DNA from: an uncultured Planctomycetota bacterium
GTDB taxonomy: Bacteria; Planctomycetota; Planctomycetia; Gemmatales; HRBIN36
Assembly (NCBI GenBank): GCA_937944855.1
Contig: CALFAY010000047.1
Location: 34,367-98,366 of the forward strand
DNA length: 64,000 nucleotides
Direction of reading: 5' to 3'
The notes under the pieces are model-generated. The model was not told where the DNA came from, ran no database searches, and saw only the letters and a list, made by a program, of their open reading frames with translations. A program made the translations under genes and the position numbers. Below are positions 17,734 to 27,466 of this stretch, piece after piece; position 1 is the first letter of the stretch; each line of letters opens with the position of its first letter.

Positions 17734-18252
17734 TCACGGCTCCTCGACGGCAGGGGGATGGACGGCCAGGGTGAGGATCACGCGGCGGCCCACGATCACC
17801 AGCCAGAGTGGAATGATGTTGAGCAGCGTCATCAACAGGCCGCTGCCCGTCGTCGTCAATGCCGGGGCGTACAAGCGGATGATCTCGCGCTGCGGCACCG
17901 ACTCCTGAATGCCGATGGCCGCGAACGTCTGCAGAATGCCCGCCACCGTGCCGAACAAGCCCAGGAGCGGAAACCACTCGGCGGCCTGGTACATGCCCTG
18001 GAGCAGAGCATCGCTGCGCTCGTTGAAACTCCGCTCTTTCCACCGCAAGGCACGCCAGGCCAGGGCCATCTGGAACACGAAAAAAAAGCCGCCCAGGGCC
18101 AGGATGATCCAGTCGAGATACGAGGTGCGAATGCTGGACAGATAGAATTCCAGAGCCTGATCGGGAACCGCCGTCACGACCAGCACCGCTCCGGCCAGCG
18201 GAATCGCGCAGAACAACGCGGGCAGCACTCGACGGATTACCAAGCCACGCAT
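17734..18252 (-). CDS. MotA/TolQ/ExbB proton channel family protein (compact, 172 aa)
   Basis: FPLLGLFGTVAGILQTF and PALTTTGSGL motifs of the ExbB/TolQ C-terminal TM hairpin. Confidence 0.88.
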   Translation of the reverse strand: MRGLVIRRVLPALFCAIPLAGAVLVVTAVPDQALEFYLSSIRTSYLDWIILALGGFFFVFQMALAWRALRWKERSFNERSDALLQGMYQAAEWFPLLGLFGTVAGILQTFAAIGIQESVPQREIIRLYAPALTTTGSGLLMTLLNIIPLWLVIVGRRVILTLAVHPPAVEEP

Positions 18253-18337
18253 AAGCGCAGATGTACCACAAGGCGGAAAAGATGGAAAGCCCGACCCGAA
18301 AACGGGACTCGGCCTCAGGCCAGCCGCCGAGACGCGC

Positions 18338-18733
18338 TCAGCTTCTTCGCAACAGGCTTGGGAGAGCTTGGAGCTTGCCCTCGCCGTCCACGCAAGCCAA
18401 CGTGGTCGCTCCTTCGCAGAGCAACTCCTGGTCCCGAAACAGCTCGTAACGGTGCTCGACTCTCACCGCAGTGACACGGGTCAACGTCGTCCGCAGCCGG
18501 AGCAGATCGTCGAAGAACGCAGGTCGGCGAAAGCGGACTTCCAGCTTCACCACAGCCAGGAAGAAGCCCTCGTCTTCCATCTGCCGATAGGAGACGCCCT
18601 GTTGTCGCAGCAGTTCGGTCCGGCCTTGCTCGAAATAGACGGGATACATGGCGTGGTGCAGATAGCCCATGCGGTCGGTTTCCGCATAACGGACGCGAAT
18701 CCAGGTATCGCAGAAAGGCAGGCTCTCCGCCAT
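18338..18733 (-). CDS. YbgC/FadM-family acyl-CoA thioesterase (hot-dog fold)
   Basis: IRVRYAETDRMGYLHHAMYPVYFEQGRTELL, RFRRPAFFDD. Confidence 0.9.
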   Translation of the reverse strand: MAESLPFCDTWIRVRYAETDRMGYLHHAMYPVYFEQGRTELLRQQGVSYRQMEDEGFFLAVVKLEVRFRRPAFFDDLLRLRTTLTRVTAVRVEHRYELFRDQELLCEGATTLACVDGEGKLQALPSLLRRS

Positions 18734-18747
18734 GTTCGTCGCTCCGG

Positions 18748-20961
18748 TCACCAGATCACTCCGAAGCGCGTGTACGGCCAATAAACGATGACGGCCTTGC
18801 CCAGAAAGAGCCGCCGCGGGACCTGACCCCATTCGCGGCTGTCGGAACTGCGGGTACTGTTGTCGCCCAGGGCGAAGAACTCGTCCGGCCCGAACACCGG
18901 CCCGTTGCTCAGCTCCGGATCGGGAAAGCCGTGGCCGAATTCCTGACGCACTCCCATCGGGTAATACCAGGGCTTCTGACGGCCGATCGGCTCCCAGCGC
19001 TCGACCTTGGCGTGGTGCGGAAGCTCCATCTCCTGCGGCGTCAAGCTCAAAAACGTGGTCACGCCCAGGGCACTGAGGTCGAGCAGGCGTAAATCCTCGT
19101 ACTCCGTCGGCAGCCGACCGGCCGAGCGGGTGTAGTAGATGTCACGGAAAAGTCGAAGATTGCTGACCCGAACGGCGGCGTCCTTCGCCATCACCGCGAC
19201 CGGCTTGGTGTCGCCTGCGCGGGGGCCGCGGTCGTCCGGCGAGGGGCCTGGAAACACCAGACCGTCGCCGAACGGAAGTGCGCTGTTGACCCACAGGGTC
19301 AGACGCTCGTCGAAATTGCTGAAACGCAGCACATACTTGCCGGGCCTGTTCAACCTCGTGGAAGCCTTCTGGACGGCGATTTCTTTCGGCACCGGACCGT
19401 TGTTGTACCGCAACACCCGAACAAGGCAGTCGCCGGTGGACAGGTCGAACGTCGCCTGGTGGAGATCGCAGCCGGCTTGGATTTCCAAAGCGATGGTGCC
19501 CCCGGGTTGCAGCACTTCCAGGACGCATTCCACCATCAAGTCACGGACCCAATGCGGTTCGTGCTCCCCTGCCCATTCCCGCGGGTAGAAGAAGTTCGAC
19601 TGCCGATACGCCGACACCAGCGCGTTATAGCCCAGAAAGTCGGTCACCAGTTGCGGCCGCCGGGCACATTCCAGAGCCGACTCCCACAAGTCCCGCAACT
19701 CAGCCAGGGCTTGTTTTCCGGACTGGACCTCCAGACGGATCCGCTCCTTGACGTTCGGCCCGAACTCGGCGTCTTGGAGGGGTCGTCCGTCCGCCCGTCG
19801 CAGGACGGCGGACGCTTCCTCGGCGTCGCCGAAGCGCTTCTCCAAGCGGGCCATCACGTCGCGGAACTGCTCAGCCCGGGACGCCGTGGGCAGCAGCGTC
19901 ACTTCATCCAGCGCGGGAAGCTCAGCTTCCAGGGACCGGACCACGTTCAGCAAAGCATCGGTTCCGGTCAGACGTTCCCGCTGAGCGTCGGACGCCGCAT
20001 TGCCGATCATGCGGATGGCCGAGCCGACTCGCTGAAGCGCCTGGGCTGGAAGCGGCGGCGGTCGCAGGAAATGCCGATACCGCAGACGTCGCTCTTGGGC
20101 GACCGGCTGAATCTCAAAGGCCTTGCCGTCGTCCGCAGCCCGCCAACCTTGACCGGGCTGTTCATCCGCCCATAGAGGCGGCAGAAAGTCCTTCAAATCC
20201 GCGGCTGTCTGGGTCGAATCGCTCACCGGACGCCGCATTTCCAACATTTTCACCGGTGGCTTGCGAATGATTTCCCGCTGGAGCGGCTGCCCGTCTTTGC
20301 CGCCTTCGATCAGATACACGTCGCCCTGCCAGATGCTCAGTTTCTCGCCGGGCAATCCCCACAGCCGTTTAATGTAGTTCTTGGCGGTGAAGTTCTCCTG
20401 CGGCCCGCCGATCCGTCGTCCCTCGCCTTCCTGTTTGCCGGGGTACTTGAACACGAAGACGTCCAGCCGCTGCGGAGCGTGCAGGTCGTAGTGCGGTTTC
20501 AGGACCAGCACCTTGTCGCCGCCGTCGATGCCGGGTTGAAGCGCCTGGATGTTGCGGCAATTCGGACAGACCGCTAACGAGGGCAGGTAGCCTTGGCCGC
20601 GGCGGGAACCTTCAGCGTCGTCGCTGGCATTGACAGGAAACTCGTAAGCACACTCCTGGCAGCGAGCATGGCGATGGTAACCCAGAAGGCTGGTCGCCAT
20701 CGAGCCGGTCGGGATGACGAAGGCTTCGGCCACAAACGCCTTGAGCATCAAGACCAGGACGATGACGAACACGACGGTCTCCACCGACTCCCGCAACGAA
20801 TCGCCGCGCGGACCGTCCTTGCCGGCTTCCCCATGCCGTCGGGTCCGGGGCCGGAACAATTCTTCCTTGACCCGCTGGAAGAATGATGCCGTCGAAGCAG
20901 ACGACGTCGCCCGGGTCGGCGAGGTCGGACGCAGCGGTTTCTCAGCGGCACTTTCGGTCAT
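18748..20961 (-). CDS. lepB: Signal peptidase I, planctomycete-type with large insertions
   Basis: AEAFVIPTGSMA (Ser), GDKVLV, NYIKRLWGLPGE (Lys), GDNSTRSSDSREWG. Downstream of lepA. Confidence 0.9.
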   Translation of the reverse strand: MTESAAEKPLRPTSPTRATSSASTASFFQRVKEELFRPRTRRHGEAGKDGPRGDSLRESVETVVFVIVLVLMLKAFVAEAFVIPTGSMATSLLGYHRHARCQECAYEFPVNASDDAEGSRRGQGYLPSLAVCPNCRNIQALQPGIDGGDKVLVLKPHYDLHAPQRLDVFVFKYPGKQEGEGRRIGGPQENFTAKNYIKRLWGLPGEKLSIWQGDVYLIEGGKDGQPLQREIIRKPPVKMLEMRRPVSDSTQTAADLKDFLPPLWADEQPGQGWRAADDGKAFEIQPVAQERRLRYRHFLRPPPLPAQALQRVGSAIRMIGNAASDAQRERLTGTDALLNVVRSLEAELPALDEVTLLPTASRAEQFRDVMARLEKRFGDAEEASAVLRRADGRPLQDAEFGPNVKERIRLEVQSGKQALAELRDLWESALECARRPQLVTDFLGYNALVSAYRQSNFFYPREWAGEHEPHWVRDLMVECVLEVLQPGGTIALEIQAGCDLHQATFDLSTGDCLVRVLRYNNGPVPKEIAVQKASTRLNRPGKYVLRFSNFDERLTLWVNSALPFGDGLVFPGPSPDDRGPRAGDTKPVAVMAKDAAVRVSNLRLFRDIYYTRSAGRLPTEYEDLRLLDLSALGVTTFLSLTPQEMELPHHAKVERWEPIGRQKPWYYPMGVRQEFGHGFPDPELSNGPVFGPDEFFALGDNSTRSSDSREWGQVPRRLFLGKAVIVYWPYTRFGVIW

Positions 20962-21124
20962 GCGATCCTCGGTTTGCTCACAATGCCGACGCTTATCATA
21001 GAACGCGGTTTCGATCCGACCTACCCTTTTCCCACCTTCCTCCGACCATTGTCCTTGACGGAGAGCACGCAGGCCAATCGCCTTCGCCATCCTGGGGCGG
21101 AGAGCAACGGAGGTCCGTGCCCGA

Positions 21125-22930
21125 TCACTCGGCTTCCAGTACGGACAAAAACGCTTCCTGCGGGATGGAAACCTGCCCAACCTGCTTCATACGTTTCTTG
21201 CCCTCGGCCTGTTTGGCGAGCAGCTTACGCTTGCGGGTGATGTCGCCGCCGTAACACTTGGCTGTCACGTTCTTGCGCAGCGGGGCGATGGTTTCCCGGG
21301 CGATGACCCGGCTGCCGATGGCCGCCTGGATGGCGATCTCGAACTGGTGTCGGTCGATCTCGCTCCGCAGTTTCTTGACCAGTTTCCTCCCCCGGCGTTC
21401 GGCCTGGGAACGATGCACGATGGTCGAAAGGGCATCCACCCGCTTGCCATGAACGAGAACGTCGAGGCGAACCAGGTCGGCCGGACGGAAGCCAATGAAT
21501 TCGTAATCCATCGTCCCGTAGCCGTGCGTCACCGACTTCAACTTGTCGTACAGGTCGTAAATGATCTCTGCCAAGGGCATCTCGAAGACCAGTTGCACCC
21601 GGCTGGCACTGAGGTAATCGGTGCGGAGGTACGTTCCCCGCCGGTCGGCGCAGATCTGCATCAGGTCGCCGATGTTCTCGCTCGGGACGACGAAGCTGAT
21701 GCGGACCACCGGCTCGCGGAACTCCGCAATCTGTCCGGCATCGGGAACCTGCTGCGGGTTGTTGATTTGCAACACTTCGCCCTTGCGGGTCAGGATTTCG
21801 TAGGTCGTGTTGGGGGCCGTGTGGACAAGTTCCAGACCGCTTTCCCGCTCGATCCGCTGCTGGATGATCTCGCGGTGCAACATGCCCAGAAACCCGCAAC
21901 GGAAGCCGAAGCCCAGCCCCTCGCTGGTTTCGGGAGCGTAGGTGAAGCTGGAGTCGTTGAGGCTGAGCCGGGCCAGGGCTTCGCGGAGGGCCTCGAAGTC
22001 CTGGCTGTTGACCGGATACAGACCGCTGAAGACCATCGGCTTCGGCTCGGCGTATCCGGGCAGGGCCACGGCTGCCGGTCGAAGTGCGTCGGTGACGGTG
22101 TCGCCGATGTGGATGTCGTGCAGGTCGCGGATCTGAGCCGTGAAATAACCCACCTGCCCGGTCGTCAGGCAGTCCACCGCCGTGGGAGCCGGGCGAAAGC
22201 GGCCGAGTTCCGTGACTTCGTACTCCCGTTCCGCCCGCATGAACCGGATCCGCTGGCCTTTGCGAAGTTCTCCTTCCTTGATACGGACGTACACGACGAC
22301 GCCCCGGTAGGTGTCAAAATGGCTGTTGTACACCAAGGCCCGCAGCGGCTCGGCTGGTGTGCCGGACGGCGGAGGAATGCGGTCGATGACCGCGCGAAGG
22401 ACCTCGTCCACGCCCTGGCCCGTCTTGGCGCTGCATCGCAGCACCTCCTCGGGCCGAATCCCCAGGACGTGCTCCATCTCCAGGATCACTTCGTCGCTGC
22501 GAGCGTTGGGCAGGTCGATCTTGTTGACAACGGGTATCAGGGTCAGGTCGGCGTCCAGGGCTAGCAGGGCGTTGTGAACGGTCTGGGCCTGCACCCCCTG
22601 CACTGCGTCCACCAGGAGAATCGCCCCTTCGCAGGCCGCCAGGCTCCGAGATACTTCGTAGTTGAAGTCCACGTGTCCGGGCGTGTCGATCAGGTTGAGC
22701 TCGAACGGCTCAGCCTGTCCCGGTGGGCTGTAATAGATCGTGACGGGGTGCATACGGATAGTGATGCCGCGTTCCCGTTCCAGGTCCATCGCGTCCAGGG
22801 CTTGACTGCGGAACTCGCGGGGGGAAATGGCCCCGGTCTTGAGAAGAAACTGGTCGGCCAGCGTACTTTTGCCGTGGTCAATATGGGCTATGATGCAAAA
22901 GTTGCGAATGTGGTGTGGGGCAACCATCAT
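21125..22930 (-). CDS. lepA: Elongation factor 4 (LepA)
   Basis: IRNFCIIAHIDHGKSTLAD, ERERGITI, DTPGHVDF, NKID, GFRCGFLG, KCYGGDITRKRKLL. Confidence 0.98.
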   Translation of the reverse strand: MMVAPHHIRNFCIIAHIDHGKSTLADQFLLKTGAISPREFRSQALDAMDLERERGITIRMHPVTIYYSPPGQAEPFELNLIDTPGHVDFNYEVSRSLAACEGAILLVDAVQGVQAQTVHNALLALDADLTLIPVVNKIDLPNARSDEVILEMEHVLGIRPEEVLRCSAKTGQGVDEVLRAVIDRIPPPSGTPAEPLRALVYNSHFDTYRGVVVYVRIKEGELRKGQRIRFMRAEREYEVTELGRFRPAPTAVDCLTTGQVGYFTAQIRDLHDIHIGDTVTDALRPAAVALPGYAEPKPMVFSGLYPVNSQDFEALREALARLSLNDSSFTYAPETSEGLGFGFRCGFLGMLHREIIQQRIERESGLELVHTAPNTTYEILTRKGEVLQINNPQQVPDAGQIAEFREPVVRISFVVPSENIGDLMQICADRRGTYLRTDYLSASRVQLVFEMPLAEIIYDLYDKLKSVTHGYGTMDYEFIGFRPADLVRLDVLVHGKRVDALSTIVHRSQAERRGRKLVKKLRSEIDRHQFEIAIQAAIGSRVIARETIAPLRKNVTAKCYGGDITRKRKLLAKQAEGKKRMKQVGQVSIPQEAFLSVLEAE

Positions 22931-23163
22931 CGGGCCTGACTCTGCTCCGAAACTTCTCGTTCCTGACCAACACTCCCGGGTATGTTCTATAAGCCGTGCG
23001 GGGAGAAGCGAAAATACCGATTCTTCCCGGGAATATGCTATTTTACCCATAGATGTTGTTCGGTTCCTCGGCCGATCCGCTTAGGCAACCCGCCTGGCCG
23101 CCCACGAATCGGCCCGTCCCTCACAGCGTTCGCTTCGGAGCGAGGTCCAGGGGAAGGTTGCCG

Positions 23164-26121
23164 ATGAGCGAATCCTGGCTGACGAGACTCCTTGGGGCAA
23201 CCGCCAAAATCACGGTACGGTTTGCTCAAACTCTCCCGGCCGACGAATCGCAGGACCCTCTGGGCGCCCCTTCGACGCCGACCAAAGACCACGGCGACGC
23301 CTTGCAACGCACGGCGGTCACGGCCCACCGGCACCTCGATACCACCTCGGATTCACTGAGCCAGCAATGGCCGAACATTGCGGGTTACGAAATCCTGGCC
23401 GAACTGGGGCGGGGCGGCATGGGCGTGGTCTATCTCGCACGGCACTGTAGTCTGGGAAGACCGGTCGCCCTGAAGATGATCCATGCTCACGTGGCCGATC
23501 AGAGTGAAGCCGCCCAACGCTTCCGGGTCGAGGTCGAAGCGGCGGCCCGGCTGCATCACCCCAACATCGTGCAGATTTACGACGTCGGCATGTGGAACAG
23601 CTTGCCGTATTTCTGCATGGAGTACATGGAAGGCGGCAGTCTGGACGGCCACCTGCAACGCCGGCCGCAACCGCCCAAGGCCGCTGCCCGAATGGTCGAA
23701 ATCCTGGCTTTGGCTGCACATCACGCCCATCTTCGCGGCATCGTCCATCGAGACCTGAAACCGAGCAACATCCTGCTCACCCGGGACGGCATCCCCAAGA
23801 TCAGCGACTTCGGCCTGGCCAAGCAACTGGAACAGGCGGGAAACACCAAGACCGGCGAGGTCATGGGCACGCCCAGCTATATGTCGCCGGAGCAGACTTC
23901 TACCGAGCAGGGACTCGTCGGCCCTTCGGCGGACATCTACTCGCTGGGAGCGATCCTTTACGAAATGCTGACGGGTCGGCCGCCCTTCCTCGGCTCGAAT
24001 CTCCTCGAAACGGTGCTCCTGGTCCGGTTTCAGGATCCGGTGCCGCCTCGTCGGATGCAGCCGGGGATCCCGAAGGACTTGGAAACTATCTGCCTGAAGT
24101 GTCTGGAAAAATCGCCGTTTCACCGCTACCCCACGGCTGCGGCTTTGGCGGAGGACCTGCGGCGCTTCCAGGCAGACGAACCGATTCTCGCCCAGCCTGG
24201 AAACATTCTGGGGAAAGCCTGGAAATGGACGCGGCGTCGGCCTGCCGTCGCCTTGCTGCTGGCCTTGGTTTCCGTCGCTCTGCTCAGCCTTCTGGGACTG
24301 GGTATCTATCACGTCCATTCCGTCGAGCGGGAGCGGCAGCGGGCCGAGGAAAACCGCCAACTGGCCCTCGCCGAGGCCGTCTTCGCCCGGGAGCAGAAAG
24401 CCGAGGCCGACCGCAAACGCGAGGAAGCCCAAGCCCTTGAGAAACTGGCCGAGGCCAACTACCGCCTCGCCCGGCAAGCCGTGGAGGAACTTCTCACGGT
24501 CGTCCGGGACGACCCGACCATGCAAAACCCGGAGAACGACGGCATCCGCAAGGCCCTGACCGAAAAGGCCCTGATTTTCTACCGCAGTCTGGTTTCGTTG
24601 GCCTCGCAGGATCCTCAACTGCGCGAGGAGGAAGCCCATGCCTGCTGGAGGCTGGCCGACTGCCTGGATGAGATCGGCAATCGTGCCGAATCCGCCCGCT
24701 TCTACGAGATGGCCGCCAACATCTTCACCGATCTGGGGAAAGGGCACCCCGATAACAGGGCGTATCGCTTCAAGGCCGCTCAGAATAATGTCAGTCTGGG
24801 CTGGGTCCGTTTCTCGATGGGCAACTCGCAAGGCGCGCTGGAGTGCTATCAGCGCGCCGAGCAGATGCTGCAAACTCTGCTTGCCAGCGATCCCGGCAAT
24901 GCCGAGTATCTGCATGTCCTGTCCAAGGCCCTGTCCAATACGGGTCAAGCGCGTTCGGACCTGGGCCAGCGGCAGGAAGCGGAAAAAGCCTATGTGCGTG
25001 CTTTGGGCATCGACCGGGCCTTGGTGCTGCGTTACCCCGATGATGTGCGGTACTCGCTGAAGCTCAGCCATGACTTGAGCCTGCTCGGCTGGCACGCCCG
25101 CCGAGCGGCAAGATTCGCAGAGGCGGAAGCGGCTTTCAAGGAAAGTCTGTCTGTCGATCGGGAACTGGCGGCCAAGAATCCCACCTCGCAGCACTACGCA
25201 TTCCAGGTCGTCCGAAGCCTTAGCTCATTGGGCTTCTTACACGTTCACCAAGGGTACAGCGCCCTGGCGGAAGCCGAACTCTTCGAGGCCCTGGACATTC
25301 TGGAACCGCTGACGCGGCTGCCCAACCCAAGACCGGCTTCGTTGAGTGCGCTGGGCAACGTCCTCCATGAAATGGGCACAATTCACTGGAATCGCGGCGA
25401 CATCGCGTCCGCCCTGCCCTGGTATGATCGGGCCGCAGCCGTCCGGGTCGAGTTGCTCCGTCGGGACCCGACATCGCCGGAGCACCGTACCGCCCTGGCC
25501 GGAACTTTTTGCAACCAGGCCCATCTGCTTCGAGACAAAGGGGAATACACGGCGTCCCTGGCGAGGTTCGACGAAGCGGAGAAACTGCTAGCCGTTGCCC
25601 TGCAACAGCGGCCAAGACACCGCCCCAGCCGCATCTACCTCCGTAACGTCTTCTGGGGCAGGGCCAGACTGCATTCGGTTCAGAGAAACTGGGACAAGGC
25701 CCTGAGCGACTTCGACCGGGCCATTGCCATCGACATGCCAGACCTGGAAGGCGTTCCGACGGATCTGGTTCTGGAACGTGCCTTGGTCCAGGTCCATCTC
25801 CACCGCTTTGGCGAAGCGCTGAGGCAGGTCGATGACGTGCTGGAGAAATCACCCCTGCTGACGGCGCACAACCTGTACCAGGCGGCCCTGGTTTGCGCCC
25901 TGGCGGCAACGTCTTGTCCGCAGAGCGACGCCGAAACGGCCGGTCTGTACCGGGAAGCGCTGTGCCAGCGCGCCGTTCGACTGCTCAACGAGGCCGCGGA
26001 GATGGGCTATTTCGCGCGGGGCAAGCCCCCGCAGGACGATCTGCTTGTTCCGGAGTTGGAAGGGCTGCGCCCGCGCGCGGACTTCCAGCAGTTGTGCCGC
26101 CGCTTCCAGGTTCGCCTCTGA
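23164..26121 (+). CDS. Hanks-type Ser/Thr protein kinase with TM helix, coiled coil and TPR repeats
   Basis: GRGGMGVVY, VALK, HRDLKPSN, DFGLAK, GTPSYMSPE, DIYSLG; multiple TPR-like repeats in the C-terminal half. Confidence 0.93.
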   Translation: MSESWLTRLLGATAKITVRFAQTLPADESQDPLGAPSTPTKDHGDALQRTAVTAHRHLDTTSDSLSQQWPNIAGYEILAELGRGGMGVVYLARHCSLGRPVALKMIHAHVADQSEAAQRFRVEVEAAARLHHPNIVQIYDVGMWNSLPYFCMEYMEGGSLDGHLQRRPQPPKAAARMVEILALAAHHAHLRGIVHRDLKPSNILLTRDGIPKISDFGLAKQLEQAGNTKTGEVMGTPSYMSPEQTSTEQGLVGPSADIYSLGAILYEMLTGRPPFLGSNLLETVLLVRFQDPVPPRRMQPGIPKDLETICLKCLEKSPFHRYPTAAALAEDLRRFQADEPILAQPGNILGKAWKWTRRRPAVALLLALVSVALLSLLGLGIYHVHSVERERQRAEENRQLALAEAVFAREQKAEADRKREEAQALEKLAEANYRLARQAVEELLTVVRDDPTMQNPENDGIRKALTEKALIFYRSLVSLASQDPQLREEEAHACWRLADCLDEIGNRAESARFYEMAANIFTDLGKGHPDNRAYRFKAAQNNVSLGWVRFSMGNSQGALECYQRAEQMLQTLLASDPGNAEYLHVLSKALSNTGQARSDLGQRQEAEKAYVRALGIDRALVLRYPDDVRYSLKLSHDLSLLGWHARRAARFAEAEAAFKESLSVDRELAAKNPTSQHYAFQVVRSLSSLGFLHVHQGYSALAEAELFEALDILEPLTRLPNPRPASLSALGNVLHEMGTIHWNRGDIASALPWYDRAAAVRVELLRRDPTSPEHRTALAGTFCNQAHLLRDKGEYTASLARFDEAEKLLAVALQQRPRHRPSRIYLRNVFWGRARLHSVQRNWDKALSDFDRAIAIDMPDLEGVPTDLVLERALVQVHLHRFGEALRQVDDVLEKSPLLTAHNLYQAALVCALAATSCPQSDAETAGLYREALCQRAVRLLNEAAEMGYFARGKPPQDDLLVPELEGLRPRADFQQLCRRFQVRL

Positions 26122-27454
26122 TCTGGGCGAGAATTTCCCCCGCCAGAAACACTGAGCCAGTGACGCAAAGCAGCTCGTCGGCGCTCAGTTGGCTGTGAGC
26201 AATCCGGTAGGCCGTCGCAGGATCCTCGATGACCTGTCCTCCGGACCCGCCTGCCTGCCGCCACAGGTCTAACAGCAGCGCGGGGTCGGCTCCGCGCTGA
26301 CTGCTGCGGTAGCGGGTGAAAATTGCCCGGCGAAAATGCGGTGCCAGCACCTGCATCATGCCACCGAGGTCTTTGTCCCGGGAAGCGGCAAAGACCAGGT
26401 TCCAACGCAACTGCGAAAATGGTTCCGCCAGGGTCGCTGCGAGGGCCTGACAAGAAGCGACGTTATGAGCACAATCCACGACCACCCACGGTCGCGTCTC
26501 CATGATTTCGACCCGCCCATGCCAGCGGACTGATCGCAGTCCGCCGACGACGGCTTCGTCGCTGAGCGCAAAGCCGAGTTCCCGCAGTTGCTCGACCACG
26601 GCCACGGCGACCGCGGCGTTGCTGGCTTGATGTACTCCCAGAAGACCCAGTTCCATCCAAGGCCAGGTCTTTTCGAGAGTGCGAACGCGGACTTGCGGCC
26701 AGACGGGATACGTCCCCTCCAATCGGGCGGGTTGATAGTCCAGTTCGAATTCCCGACCCAGCACACGCAAGGAGGCATGACATTCTCGAGCCTTCGCGGA
26801 GATCACCTGGGCCGGTTCCGCCTCCGTCACTCCGCTGACCACCGGCCGTCCCGGCTTGATGATGCCAGCCTTTTCTCCCGCAATGGCGGCCAGCGTGTTG
26901 CCGAGTTGCTGGGTGTGGTCGAAGCTGATGCTCGTGATGACCGAGACCAGCGGATCGCAGACGTTGGTCGCGTCGAAGCGGCCGCCCAGGCCGACCTCGA
27001 CCACGGCTACGTCGGTTTGCTCGCGGGCAAAGTGGAGGAAGCCCAGGGCCGTGACAATCTCGAAGAACGTCGGCTGCGTGCCGTGCTCTGCTTCGATGGC
27101 CGGCACAGTTTCGGCGATGGTCCGCATGTGGGCCGTCAGGGCGTCCGGAGAAATCGGCTGCCGGTTGATCTGAACGCGCTCCTCGACGCGGATCAGATGC
27201 GGCGACGTGAACAGCCCCGTTCGCAACCCGGCGGCCTGGAGGATGGAGGCCAGCATGGCGGCCACGGAGCCTTTGCCCTTGCTTCCGGCGATGTGGACGA
27301 TGCGCAATCCGCGCTCCGGATTGCCCAGCCGATGCAGAAGCGACCTCATGCGGTCGAGTTTGAGCTCTCGGGGGTCGGTCGGCATTCCCCGCTGCTCGTA
27401 GTTGACGCGGCTGTGCCAGAAATCCAGGGCCTGCTGGTAAGTTTCGATGGGCAT
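25985..27454 (-). CDS. folC: Bifunctional folylpolyglutamate synthase/dihydrofolate synthase
   Basis: HIAGSKGKGS, FTSPHL, TFFEI, EVGLGGRFDATN, DHTQQLG, EKAGIIK, DCAHN, VTGSVFLAG. Confidence 0.95.
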   Translation of the reverse strand: MPIETYQQALDFWHSRVNYEQRGMPTDPRELKLDRMRSLLHRLGNPERGLRIVHIAGSKGKGSVAAMLASILQAAGLRTGLFTSPHLIRVEERVQINRQPISPDALTAHMRTIAETVPAIEAEHGTQPTFFEIVTALGFLHFAREQTDVAVVEVGLGGRFDATNVCDPLVSVITSISFDHTQQLGNTLAAIAGEKAGIIKPGRPVVSGVTEAEPAQVISAKARECHASLRVLGREFELDYQPARLEGTYPVWPQVRVRTLEKTWPWMELGLLGVHQASNAAVAVAVVEQLRELGFALSDEAVVGGLRSVRWHGRVEIMETRPWVVVDCAHNVASCQALAATLAEPFSQLRWNLVFAASRDKDLGGMMQVLAPHFRRAIFTRYRSSQRGADPALLLDLWRQAGGSGGQVIEDPATAYRIAHSQLSADELLCVTGSVFLAGEILAQIRGEPGSGGTTAGSPRAGAALPTPEQADRPAGACPARNSPSPRPR

Positions 27455-27466
27455 GCGTGATCGGAG

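Noticed and set aside
14568-18252. Calling the motor operon Zorya, flagellar MotAB or T6SS
   Set aside because: No OmpA-like domain on the B subunit, no long ZorA tail, no zorC/D/E, and no flagellar or other tss genes in the window
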